This document shows positions 24,911 to 37,967 of a stretch of DNA of 64,000 bases, one piece after another. This stretch comes from Kondoa subrosea (taxonomy: Eukaryota). Location of the stretch: the NCBI GenBank assembly GCA_039545335.1, contig BCIN01000005.1, positions 310,001 to 374,000 of the forward strand, given 5' to 3'. Each line of letters opens with the position of its first letter. Positions within the stretch are counted from its first letter, which is position 1. The translations under genes and the position numbers were made by a program. Below the pieces are notes generated by a model, which was not told the origin of the DNA, did not search any database, and worked only from the letters and a program-made list of their open reading frames with translations.

Positions 24911-26810
24911 ATGGTCCATCTCAACTCGATCCCGAAGTCGATCAGCATCCCTGAAGACTATCACCATCTCTTGCCATACGTCTATGAGCGTCTTTCTTAC
25001 ACACCAGCAGATGCTCTGGTTGGAGCTGCAGTTAAGATCGCTTTCCAAGAATTAGAATCAGAAACTGGTCCAAAAACTCTAGGTTATGCATCATCAATGC
25101 TTCGCTCGCTCCAGCGCACTGGCAGGTTATCACTAGAGCAAATCAATGCAATTGACAACGTCAGTTATCCTCTGGACAAGGCAGAGGTCGCCTACGACTT
25201 CTGTTCTCGAGTTCTGTCTACAGACACCTCTCTTCTTTACCAACAATACTCCTTCCCTGCATGCACTCAGAATACCGGTAGCTTCGCCCGTATGGGAGCG
25301 GCCTGGCACAATGCTTTGAAGGAGAAGCAACCTGGATCAGCCGCCTCGCTAGCAAATCATCGCTTCCCATCCGTGATCAATAGCAAGTGCGCTCTTCCAT
25401 GACAAAGGTTGCTTTCAAGTTGGTAAAGAAGTTTGGCGTTTGTAGTCAGTCTTCGGGAATGGATGAAAGAGGTTGACCACTGCTAAGTCCCTTTCCTTTT
25501 GCTTTCTTCTACCCGTACTGACGACTCGACTACAGTTATCTCATTGGTCTACTCTTCTTCTGGAGATCGGTAATGCTCGAAAGGGAGATTACTACTTACC
25601 CTTGCGGGACTTTGCTCTGAGCTTCTGGCTAGCAGTAAGTTTGCTTTCTTCTTGCTTCCGCTCCTCATGCTAAATACTAGAACAGAGAGATGTTCTCAAG
25701 AAGGCTGAAGCCGGTACTCGTGCTCGAGATGATGATGATGATGATGACGAGCTGGCGATTGGTCCTTCCAGCAAAAGTACGTTCTCTTTTGTTATTGTTG
25801 AATCCGTCTAACTCGATCTTTTAGGAGTCAAACGATCTTCTCAACCTTCTCTACCCGTCACGCAAGCTGCTGAAGAAGTCGCTGTTTCTGAACCGAAAAT
25901 CAAACAAGTCTCGGTCCAACCCACTTCCTCTCAGCTCACTTCATCAGCTCCTGCTCTCGTCATTGAAGAAGTAGTCGAAAAGGCAGTCAAACAAGCAGTT
26001 CAAGCTTTGGCAGAAGAATTAGCTCACGATATCGATCTCTTAGAGGATCAGACTGTACAATCTGTCTTAGTTCCGATCAAAGAGCCTGCTACTCAAGTTC
26101 AAGCTGCCGATACTGTCGTTTCCACTCCTTCTCTACCTTCCTCAGCTTCGGAATCTGCCAATCCTTCAAGATGGGTAGTCAATACTTGTACTTTGGCCGA
26201 GCGCTTGGTTGGCGGTCCGCTCAAAGGTGTTGGATCTGGTGCAAAGGAGGCCGTTGCTGTGGTATTGGACCGTGCTCCTGCAGTAATCAAGTTCGTCTTT
26301 TCTCTATTCTGTTTCCGCTACACTTTGCTGATTTCCTGCCATCAGACTTACAGGCGCCTATTTTGCTATTCTCTACATTGGAGGTGCTGTTAGCGTTGTC
26401 AAAATAGACGTAGCGACTTTGCTTGGCAGGTTGGTCCTTCTTTGCCTCATTTGTTTGCACAGCTGATTTGCTTCTTTTAGGGATCATACTTTGCTCTACA
26501 CTGAAGCTTTGGTGAAGATGATAGCCGTTTCGGTGAACAGGGCACTAGAAGCCATCACTTACAGCTCGATTGTCAGTGCTTTCTTCTTTTGCCTTTCGCT
26601 CCATGAATGCTGATTCTTGCTCTTCTCTTACAGGCCAAAGCATTGTGGCTTCAAGTCAAACCTGAAAAGCTACTTGCTAATCCAGGCGAAACGGCCTCGA
26701 AAGTCATCACAGCTTGCGCTGCAGTCAAGACCCTGCGTGCTGGAGCCAAGTTTGCGCGTCGCCTGATCGCTTTGCGAAATCGAGCCAACCGACAGATGAT
26801 TGGCAACTAG
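24911..26810 (+). CDS. Hypothetical multi-exon protein with hydrophobic C-terminal segments
   Basis: Coding-like ORFs 24860-25402, 26007-26393 and 26607-26810 are separated by canonical introns with branch sites; no family recognised. Confidence 0.55.
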
Positions 26811-27254
26811 AAGAAATTGTAGCTTCTGGGGTTCTTTGTATATAATTGTGCTTCGTGTATTCATTGGTACTGATCTTTGCGTGCATTCATGATATAGCAG
26901 AGCCCGTGTTTCTTTCCAAGAGCTTGACCTTGACCTTCTCTTCTGTGAACTTGGAATACCTTGGCTTCCGATCGTGCTATTGCAAAACTTGCTGCTTGAA
27001 TTGCCCATCTTCTCGGTGAGTTCTGGGTGCAAAACATCAGACAGCAAGCAGTACTTGATACTGTACTTGATCATCGACATAAGACATCACAGACTGGCGC
27101 GAAGGAGCTGATAACAGCAGTGCTTTGACTGAGCGCAATCGCAAACGAGACAAATTCGAAAACGCGGAAGACAACATAGGAAGAAACGAAGATAGGTCTA
27201 TAATCGGCAGACTGGCGAGAAATACAGCAAAGCAGCGCTACCTCGATCACGAGA

Positions 27255-28791
27255 AAATATGACTTTCACACCGAAACCAGCGAGAGCAGGAAAAGACAAA
27301 GAGAACGTCCAGCGCTGCAGCGACAATACCCGTAAATGCGATTGGATCTGGAGCATACCATCTGCCTGTGATACTAGATACCTGCTCGTCTTCACCGTTT
27401 GCTATCAAGACTCAAACCGAAATTTGAAGGCTCGCAGGGAGGTGTGATTCGAGTGGGAAGGATGACTCTTTCGCGTCAAGAGCTCAAGCGACGGGCTTTT
27501 CAAAAGGAGCAGCAGCAGAAGCAGGCCGAACAAGATAAATCTTGCGCTTTCCGTCGAGCTGAGCATCACTGGAAATCTCGCTTGGCTGCACCAGACCTAT
27601 CTGAAGCCTTCTCTCATGAGTCTGTGACATGGTTGAGCGAGGATTCTGGAAGCTGGAAGGGAAAAGAGCGAGACTATGCTGTTCAACGAGTGAAGCTCAA
27701 ATTGGATAGCCAAGCTATGGACCTTCTAGGCAGATGCGAGAATAGCGAAACTCAAGCCTACACGTTTGAAGATCTTCCAGGTGTGTTTTCTTCCTCTTCT
27801 TCCCCCTCCACAAGCTGAACGAGACCCCGATAGGCATCGTCTATATACCTTCATTACTCTCTTCTTCCGCTCAACGGTCACTTGTTGAATGTTGCTTGCT
27901 TGAAGGTCCAAGATCACCTAATATAACTTCTCTTGACCCGCATTACGATCTTCCGCTCGATGAAGGGCTCTGGCAGGCAAACGACCGAGATCCTCACTTA
28001 CCCGTCCAGAAGGTGGTCAACACTATTGCTCTAGATTCTAAACATCGAAAGCTAGTCGACCTCCCAGCCATTACGAAAGAGAACCTCGAGACGGAACGAG
28101 CGGAAGAAAGATTGCGAGATGTGAAAGCGAGCCAGAAACTCAACGGAGAGAATGTACATGTTCATGAAGTACTTGATAAGCTACGTTGGGCATCGATAGG
28201 ATTGAAATATCATGTTCGTCTATCTTTCCAGTGCTGTGATTGGCCTAATTTTATCTCAAGTGGGGAACGAAATCATACATGCTTGACTCGCCTGCGCCAG
28301 CCGTGCCTTCTCTCATATCGGACCTGTCGACCCGTATCGTTCAGAGCATACCTCCGGCTGAACTCACTCCTCCTTCGCCCGTGTGGAAGGACTATAAAGC
28401 AGAAGGAGGTCGGTTCCCTCTTCTGAGCTACGAATCGTACTGAGATGATCGCAATTCAGGCATCATCAACTTCTATAGACCAAGAGATACCCTTTGCGCG
28501 CATATAGATCATTCCGAAGCTTCTTTACGCCCTTTAATCTCTTTCTCACTTGGACTTAGTGCTATCTTCTTGGTCGGCGGAACAACAAGGGATGAGAGAC
28601 CATTACCTATCCTGCTGAGAAGTGGGGATGTCTTGATCATGAGTGGGAAAGGAAGAAGAGTGTTTCATGGTGTTCCAAGGATATTGGAAGAAGGTCGAGT
28701 TGAGGGATTGCAAGGAAAGATGGGAGAATGGATGGAGAAGAGACGGATCAACGTCAACGTCAGACAAGTTTGGCCTGGTGAAGAAGATTGA
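27255..28791 (+). repeat. Left arm of a ~1.5-kb inverted repeat (alkB gene plus ~200 bp upstream)
   Basis: Reverse-complement match to ~51380-52900 across exons, introns and promoter; similarity ends at the TGA stop. Confidence 0.95.
27462..28791 (+). CDS. AlkB-family 2OG-Fe(II) dioxygenase, ALKBH1-like (copy 1)
   Basis: LRWASIGLKYHWGTKSY, GIINFYRPRDTLCAHIDHSE (HxD), LRSGDVLIMSG..RRVFHGVPRI (H), RINVNVRQV (RxxxxxR); three introns. Confidence 0.92.
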
Positions 28792-29279
28792 CGGGACACA
28801 AATGTGAGTATGAGCAATCTCAAGCCGTGGGATGTTCTGATGCTTGCAGTTCGCTTTTCGGCCTCAGATTTGATCAGCGCAACGTCGTCCATGGTCTACA
28901 TAGCACAGCTTAATATCTATCTCGGCTGAGTCCGCACGTGCCAGATCCTAGGACATCCAAGTGAGTTACCTCGCACAAAACCGTTCGTTACTCTTATCAA
29001 CAGCATGCATCAGCTTCTACATCCTGCCTGCTCCCATCTCGAGGAATTGATGAGGCGCATCATAGCGTGAGAGATGGACGCCTAAACATGTGACGGAACG
29101 TGCAGAATACAGGATATACTGCTGTTGAGCTAGATCTCATCACAATCCGTTGTATAGCGTCGCGAGAATAGCGGAATGCAATTCTCGTGTTACAAAGCGT
29201 AAATCGAGTTTTTCAAAAGATTTTTTTCTCAGAGGTTGTTCTTCTAAACCAAAGCTTGACTTCTACCCTCACTCTCTTT

Positions 29280-32200
29280 ATGGTCTCATTGTCTGAAATG
29301 AGCGACTCTACGGCATCATCTGTCCTGCTTTCGAATCTCTTCGCTGCACCGTTCGCTTTTTGTCTTCTGGCTTGCATTAGCAGAAAGCTTATTGGCTCGT
29401 GATTAGGGATGGCGCTGCTGTAACAAAGTGTGCAGCTGAACTCTCAGCCTATGTCAAGAAGAATGGCCTCAATAGTCTGTCGGAAGAAGACATTCTGCCT
29501 CAGCTAGTCAAGGCAACAAAGTCAAAATCTGGTTATGAACGCGAATCAGCGCTCGTCGGTCTGTCTTTACTCTTTTCTCAATGCGGCTCAGCTGGCGGTG
29601 CCGACCCATATTTCTTGCCCCTTTGGCCTGATATTCTCGATCGTTTTCAAGAAGTCGGTAAAGGCGAAGTAGTCAAGGAAGCAGCGGAACAAGCAAGCAA
29701 ATCTCTACTTGCACTGGTCAAGCCAGAGGTCGTTATGCGATGTATGGAACTGATGTTCGGCTTACTGGACAACTCTGCGACGAAATGGAGAGTCAAGGTC
29801 GCTGCTCTGCAAACGATTTCTGTTCTTGTCAACAAAGGGCAATCACAAGTCGCTGATCATCTTGGCGAAATCATTCCAAAATTGACAAAGCACATGGGCG
29901 ATACCAAATCAGAAGTTAGTTTAGTGTTCTCATTCAAGTTCTCCTCCGGCTGATATCCTCAATCAGGTTTCCTCTGCCGCTGTCACAGCCACAAGCAAAG
30001 TCTGCGCTGTTCTTACCAACCCTGATGTTATTCCCTTCGTTCCTTTGATGGTTGAATGCATGGAAAGGTAAACTGAATGCATTCAGCTCTGTCCGCAGGC
30101 TCTGATCTATTTCATAGGCCCGATCGATTGAAAGAAGGTGTCAAAAAGCTCTCGGCCAACGTATGGGTTCGAGATGTCGATGCACCAACTTTAGCAGTCA
30201 TCGTTCCTCTTATTGTGCGTGCTTTGGGCGATCGTGATACGACTGTCCAGCGTCAAGTCGTTCTTCTTGTCGCAAACTTGTTCAAAATGGTTCGCTCGCC
30301 AGACCTAGCAGCAAAACATTACCAAAACCTCATTCCCGGTGTTACAAGAACCTACGAATCTGCTTCTTTCCCAGAACTTCGAGCTTTCGCCGCTGAAGCC
30401 AAAGCATCACTCGAAAACTCTATACTTGGAGCAGCTGAAAACGTTTCAGATGAAGTTGACCAGAAACAACTCGATGAGGATGAGAAAGCTGCATACGAAA
30501 TGTTGGCTAGCTTAGCGAAGAAAGAAACTGGCTCAGAAGTCTCTCAATTTACCTCTACGTCACTTTCTTGGGTAGCAGTCACTATCAGTCAGCTGGTGCG
30601 CAACAGAGATTTCGCAGATGAGACGTGGAATGCGATATATGTCGGTCCTTACCTTCGTCAATTTATGGATGAAAGCAAAGCACATGCTATGTCTGTTGAA
30701 GTTTTGAAGCGATGGATCGAAATTGATCGAGTGAGTCTTCTCGGCCTTTTCACTCCGATTCGTTTGTTGATGCTTTTCTGACAGATTCGCTCTATCGGAT
30801 CTGGCGAAGTGTATGATGGAAGCGATGGCGAAGAAGTTGTCAACATTCCTTTCTCTCTCGCTTACGGTGGTCTCTTGCTGCTGAATCACACTGTTCTCCG
30901 TCTTCTTCGTAAGTATCATTTAACCGCCCACTCGTTACGCCTTGACTAATACGAATGACAGGCGGTCATATCTATGGTGTCCTGGGACCCAACGGTGCAG
31001 GCAAATCTACTCTTCTCAAAGCCATCAACAGGAAGCAAATCGAAAACTTCCCTGAGAATTTATCTACTTTCTATGTCGAACACGATATCGATGCTAACGA
31101 AACTGGCGACACCTGTCACACCTTCTTGCTCAACGACAAGTTTGTCAAGGGAGTTGGCGCGACCGAGGAAAAGATCTTGGAAATCATGGAAGAGTGTGGT
31201 TTCACGAAAGAAAGAAGAGATCTTGGTGTCGGTCAGCTTTCAGGTGGTTGGAAGATGAGATTGGCTTTAGCTCGTGCTATGGTCTGCAATGCTGATATCC
31301 TTCTTCTTGGTAAGTTCTGCCATTATTAGGGGAATCAATCTAATAATATCGGTGATGATAGATGAGCCTACAAATCATTTGGATGTCGGATCCGTCGCTT
31401 GGTTGCAGGAGTATCTCAAGTCTCAGACTCATGTCACTGTCATGGTCGTCTCACACGACTCTGGTTTCCTTGACGCTATCTGTACTGATGTTGTTCACTA
31501 CGAGAACAAGCGTCTTGTTTACTACAAAGGTGCTCTTCATGAGTACGTCATGATCGAGCTTGGCCACAATAATCAATTGACGAGTGTTTTAGCTTCGTTG
31601 AGAAGCACCCTGCTGCTCGATCATACTATACTCTCGCCGCCTCTCAAATCAAATTCTCCTTCCCGCCTCCTGGTGCATTGACCGGTGTCAGGTCACAGAC
31701 TAGAGTGAGCAAATATCCCGTCTGCGTGCGTCTATTGCTGATGTTTGTTGTTTGCCTCGCAGACAATCTTGAAGATGTCGGTCAGTAGCTAGCCTTCATA
31801 CCTTGTGCTCTTGCTCATGATCTGGAACAGAATTGCACCTTCACATATCCTGGACGTGACAAGCCTTCGCTACACAACGTCACTGCTGCCGTTTCTCTTT
31901 CATCCCGTGTTGGTATCGGTGAGTCGAAGCATTCCTAGCCTCGAGCTGCTCTTATGTGTATAACAGTCGGACCTAACGGTGCCGGAAAATCAACTCTCAT
32001 CAAGCTCCTGACTGGTGAAACCCTACCTGACACTGGTAAAGTCGAGAAGCATCCTAACTTGCGTCTCGCATATATTGCTCAGTGAGTATAGTCCCACAAG
32101 TATGGTGTCATCGCTCACACGTTCTGCCCAGACACGCCTTCCATCATATCGAACAGCATCTAGAGAAATCTGCTACCCAATACATCAAATGGCGATATGC

Positions 32201-33417
32201 AGATGGTCACGATAAAGAACTCGCTGAGAAAGCTTCACGCAAGATGTCTGAAGAAGAAAGACGCATCCTTGAAACACCTATTGAAGCCAAGACTGGTGAA
32301 AAGCGAAGGATAGAAATGATCATTGGTCGACAGAAGCTCAAGAAGAGTTTCACATATGAAATCAAATGGTTGAATCTGAATCACAATGTCGGTTTTGCCC
32401 GAGTGTTAACACATCTGTTCTAACTGGTTCTCGCTTCTGCTTATAGCAAAACGCATGGATCCCTCGTGAACGTTTGATTGAGCTTGGTTTCAGCAAGATT
32501 GTCCAACAATTCGATGACTTCGAGTCCTCTCGGGAAGGTTCCGGATCCAGAGAACTATCTGGTGTTGCTGTCCGCGAGCATCTCGAAGCTCTTGGTCTCG
32601 ATGGCAACATTGCCGAATACAACGAAATGTCCGGTTTGTCAGGCGGACAAAAAGTCAAGGTCGTCATTGCTGCTGCTCTATGGGCCAAGCCCCAAGTCCT
32701 TATTCTGGACGAGCCGTAAGTATACTGCCTACTGTTGATGAATAACGTCTGATGCGTTGGCTTGCCCACAGTACGAATTTCTTGGATCGAGATGCTCTGG
32801 GTGGTCTGGCTACTGCCATTCACAACTGGGCCGGTGCTTTCTTGTGAGTATAGCTTCTCTAAATGCGACTGCAGCCATTGAGTACCGCTTGCAGATGTAT
32901 TTCACACAACATGGAATTCGTTGGCGCTTTATGTCCTGAGATTTGGGAAGTCGATAACGGACAACTTACACATAAGGGTAAAGTTGGTGTGACCGAAGAT
33001 GCTTTCGAAGATATGGCAGCCAAGATTGATTCGAGAGAAAATTCTCGTGCATCTACTCCAGCTGTTTCGAAAGGAGCTGCTCGTATGGCAGCGAAAATGG
33101 CAGCAAGGACGCCTGGAAAAGGTTCACCTGGTGCTAGTGCGGGGAATACACCTGGGACGAGCGCGGCCAATACACCTGCTGGTTCGGGCGACGAAGGAGC
33201 TGCAGCAGTTGATCCAACAGCACCCAAAGTCGCAAAGAAGAAGCTCACAAGGAAACAAGTCAAGGAGAGAGAAGAGAGGAGACGTCTGCGTACTGTGCGG
33301 TGGTTGTCCAACAGTGAAAAGGGCGTGCCGAGAGAGCCAGACACAGGTGAGTTTCGCATTTTTCAGCCAAGTTGAACATAATCTGATCTCTCATCAATTC
33401 CAGACTCGGATGCGTAG
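29280..33417 (+). CDS. Elongation factor 3 family ABC ATPase (eEF3/New1 group)
   Basis: HEAT region ([16 protein letters not shown]), ABC1 GPNGAGKST / [14 protein letters not shown] / [12 protein letters not shown]2 with a chromodomain insertion ([15 protein letters not shown]), [10 protein letters not shown], basic tail [17 protein letters not shown]. Confidence 0.93.
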
Positions 33418-34084
33418 AAGATCATATATACACTTTCAACACTACAACTCAGGGCATAATCGTTTTTCTTTCATTGGGATCCTTTGTAATTTTCAAGTAC
33501 AGTACACTTTTTAGAGTTTCTTTGCATTTGTTGCATTCAATAGATATGTTATTTCATTGATCACGGGAAGAAAAGAGACTTGTATGGCATCATATGGAAC
33601 TGCTCGCATGTACAATATAAAAAATGCAGCCGTTGAGTAAGAATCTTCCAATCTTGGTCTCCCTCGCTTAGAGTGGAGCTGGCAACACACAAAAGAGAAG
33701 CAATGACCGAAGCCACGCTCTCTCAAGACGTATAAGCTTCAAAAGGCGAGGTTGATATATTTATTGGGAGAAAAGAGACACTCGAGCGAAAATTGCAAGT
33801 GACACGAGATTTTTGCCTCCGTGCTTGTTCATAGATGGCGACGACGCAGCGTGGAAAGACTGCACCTTGTCCTATATGACATACCAAAGCAATCCTCACG
33901 CCGAAATGACGCGCTTGAAATCCAAACACAGGAGGTCAACTCTTCTAATGATTGATTGCATTTGCTCTCGCTCTTGTTCCTGTCCTCTATCTTGTGGCAT
34001 TTGATCTGCTCGAGTGATACCAGAGCGTTGTGTGGCCTCTAGATTGGAAGTGCCTGGTTCGCTGCCTCCTTTTCTATTATACCG

Positions 34085-37000
34085 ATGCGACGAAACGAGC
34101 CTCTTTATTCGCTTCCTGTTCTCGACCAAACTCCAGTCGGATCTTCTCTTCCCTTGACTTTGAACTCAGAGGACGGATCATCTCTATCTCAGCAGCTTCA
34201 GCGCTTGTTGCTCGCCCGATCTGCAATGGAACCGAGCCAGAATGCAAACAAGGCTACAGGAAGACCTCTGCCTGTTCCTCCAGCTAAGGACACCAAGATC
34301 AAGACCAATTGGCCTGCAACTTATGGACCTTCAGTTTCTAGAATCCAATACGCGCCAAACAGGACAGGTACTTTGAATCCAAACACAGCTGGCCTACCAC
34401 TTGGAGCACATAGGAATCCTATACCTTTCACACAGCCGCAAAGTCATTGGCCGCCTACACCAGGGGTGAATCAGCCTACGGCCTATTTTCCACCTCAACC
34501 TCCAAGTCAAATGACTGAAACTGCTTTACCTATTCCTCAGAATTCTAGTCTCTTCCTTCATTCTGGCTTCTACAGTATCCTCGGTTTGGCAAATGCAGTC
34601 ACCCAATATCCATCTAGAGCAACTCCAGCTTCTTCACCTCGATTAGGTCAAGAAGGTGGCTACTTTGCTGCTCTGCAAACAAAAGACAGAACAGCAGCAA
34701 TCAACGAACCTCAGGTAGTCCGCAAGAATCCTCCAATGTCTTCTCCTGCTGCATATAATTCACCAGATAAGCAAAAGAAGGATAACAGGCGAATAAGCGT
34801 TGATATGATTAGTCGGCCTCAAGGCTTTGCGTCAGTCCGCTCATTGGCGAATATGGGTTTCGCTAATCCTCTTGCAGTCATTTGTGCCATGCAAGTGATG
34901 CGGATCAGGCAGCTCAGATTCTCGGCAGATGGCAAAGTGACGGTCAAGGCAAATTAGCTAGTAGGTTGATGTGCTTGAATGATATACGGATTCTGACTAT
35001 TCTACAGGGCCTTCTTGGGTAATACCGATTAAAGAAGCAGCTCGAGCCAAAGCTAGAGCACATGGAGTAGCTCAAGTCCAAGCTAACATGGCCGAAGATC
35101 GTGCAGCTCCCCTCAAAATCGTCAACCCTTCTGATTCAATGCTTTATGGAGAGCGGCCGACTGAATCGACCTTATCCAACGTGGCTGTCAATGGCGAACA
35201 CGAAGATGAAGAAGAAATCGAAGAGCCTCTAACGCCGACGCTTCTGTCTCCATCACCTCAACTTCAGCGTATGGATACCTCAGATACGATCATCATCCGC
35301 AATCCTCGTTCCCGTCCTTCTTTACCTACATCTTCACCCAGCTCAAACTCTTTCAAAGATTACGAACCGCCAACCGGATCAGAGCAACCTGCGTTACCTT
35401 TCAAGCCATCGTTAGAAACCCTGGAACGCTCAGCGTCAGCTGCCATCTATTTCGAACAACTTTATCATGGACTGTTGAAAAGGCCTAAAGCGAGAGATCA
35501 ACGTTTGAAGCAATTGGAAGCAGGTGTAGCTCATTTAAATCTAGCGGATAGGACAGCGGCGAAACAAGCTTGGATTTCAGTGGAAACGGAACATTTGCGT
35601 GACTTGAGAACGAGAGTCAATGTTGGTTCCTTTGCCAAAATCAAGACCGTCGGTCATGGTGGTGAGTGTCTTGTACTACGGCGGTGAGGCCTTATGATGC
35701 TCACTCCGTTTCGATATAGCTTTTGGAGTTGTCAATCTGGTCAAAGAGAAGAGCTCTGGTCAATTATACGCAATGAAGCAACTTCGAAAAGCAGATATGT
35801 TGCGGAAAGGTCAAGAAGGTCATGTTCGAGCCGAAAGAGATTTCATGACTCAAGCTAGCGAGACTTCAAGATGGATCGTTCGGTTGGCGTACAGTTTTCA
35901 AGATGTTGATCACCTTTACCTCATCATGGAATGGATGTCGGGCGGTGATTTGCTCAACCTGCTTATCGAACGAGATGTGTTTGAGGAATCTTTTGCTCGA
36001 TTCTATGTTGCGGAAATGATTTTGGCTATTGACGAGGCACACAACATGGGTACGTTGCTTGATTTTGCGATCGGCCTTGCCTTTACAAGCTGTTGTTTCA
36101 GGCTTTATTCATCGAGATATCAAGCCAGACAACTTTCTCTTCGATTCCAGTGGTGCGTGCAGTCCGATAAGCGGCTTATCTCTCTGATGATTTCGTTCAA
36201 AAGGTCATCTCAAGTTGAGCGACTTTGGATTGGCCACTGACTTTCATTGGTATGTTCTCATCACTCGTTGATATATCAAGCTCAGAAGAAATTAGGGCGC
36301 ATGATGGCGCTTATTATGATCAACAACGCAAAGCACTCTTACGCAAACATGGTATTGATCTGGAAGACGGAGATTACGGTACTGTCAGGCGCAGAGATCG
36401 CTTCGATTTTGAGGGAGATGAGAGTCTTCAGCCGAACACCATTTTGACCTGGAGAGATCGGAATCGTAAGAAGCTCGCGTATTCAGTGGTGGGCACAGTG
36501 AGTGCATCTCTGTTGTTCCTCAGCTTATGGCTGAACCTGCGGACTAGAACAACTACATGGCGCCCGTAAGCAAATGTCAAATTTATAGGCAGGAGGGCTA
36601 TTCTCATCTTTATGCAGGAGGTTCTCCGCGGTCAAGGTTATCTTGCAAGCTGCGATTGGTGGTCTGCTGGCTGTATAACGTTTGAGATGCTTGTCCGTTA
36701 TTCCCCTCTGTATTCATTCTCCGGACTGATTTGGAAATACAGTACGGATATCCACCTTTCGTGTCCAAGTCTCGACATGTCACGAGGCAGAAGATCTTGA
36801 ATTGGCGCCAATCCCTCAAGTTCCCGCCGAAGCCTAAAGTTTCTCGCGAAGGACAAGACTTCATAGAGCGTCTTATCTGCGAAAGAGAAGACAGACTTGG
36901 CAGTGAGATGCCTCATAGCGTCTCCAGACCAAACTCGCAAATCGTGATGCAACGAAGAGGTACCAATCCATGGGCGGCAGCTAGCGGACCTTTCAAAGGC

Positions 37001-37674
37001 GGTGCTGATCAGATCAAGGTTCGCCGTTTACACATTCACGTAGCGTTTTATGCTAATATAGCTTGCATTTAGACTCATTGTAGGCCAAACCATTACTCTA
37101 CGTCATGCTGGCACTGAACTTCTTGTAGCTTGGTTTCGAGGCATTGATTTTGCTACTATTCACACGCAAACACCGCCCTTCATTCCTGAACTCAAAGAAG
37201 CAGGCGATACTCGTTATTTCGAAGATGACATTGATCCAAATCCGCTTGCTGCTCCGAATGGAGAAGATCCCGAAGCTACTAAAGATCCCATGCTGCGAGA
37301 CAGAAATCAAGGCAAACATCTGCTGGATGTCCGCAAGTCGTTGGCTTTTGTCGGCTAGTGAGCCCAGGCTCCGCTCACTCGTGACACTCGGGCTGATAAT
37401 CTGTGCAGTACATATCGTAAACCTAAACAGGTAATTTTTTCGCTACGACCTATGAGTGTGCGTTCTGAAAATTCGTACAGCTTATTGATCCACGCAATGG
37501 ACGGGTCAATATCGAAGCTACGTGGCGTGAGCAACCAGAAGAAGACGATAGGGGCCGCAGCATGGCTAGAAAACCAACGGGTAGGTCATTCGCTCTCTTT
37601 TGATACAAGCTCATGCAAGATCCAGGTTCAGCCATTCGGTCGTTGAGTGTCTGTGAGTGCACGAAGTACTTATA
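34085..37674 (+). CDS. AGC/NDR-family Ser/Thr kinase (Cbk1/Orb6/COT1-related) with an N-terminal CRIB-like motif; 3' end approximate
   Basis: NTR-like region ETEHLRDLRTR, GHGAFGVV, YAMKQLRKADM, HVRAERD, HRDIKPDN, DFGLAT, AYSVVGTNNYMAPEV, hydrophobic motif LAFVGYTY. Confidence 0.92.
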
Positions 37675-37967
37675 GCCAATTCGAAAATTGCTGACGAGAC
37701 ATCACGATTTCGACAGAACTTTGAAATTGCTATCTCCATGTCTGATCAATGCATATGAAATAATTACTACAACCACGAGTCTAGTTCATGTATAAACTTA
37801 GCGAATATTCACACTTTTGAAATCAATTGCTTCTGGAATCCCTCCACAGATGTATGCTCTCTCTCTCAGCTGATCCTTCCACGAACGCCCCTCAACCAAG
37901 AACATTAACACATCTTAGTAATAGCACTGACATAAACCGTCCCTTGAACGCAACAACCTTGCAATAC

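Noticed and set aside
25728..25750. (GAT)n run
   Set aside because: Coding poly-Asp microsatellite; ordinary.
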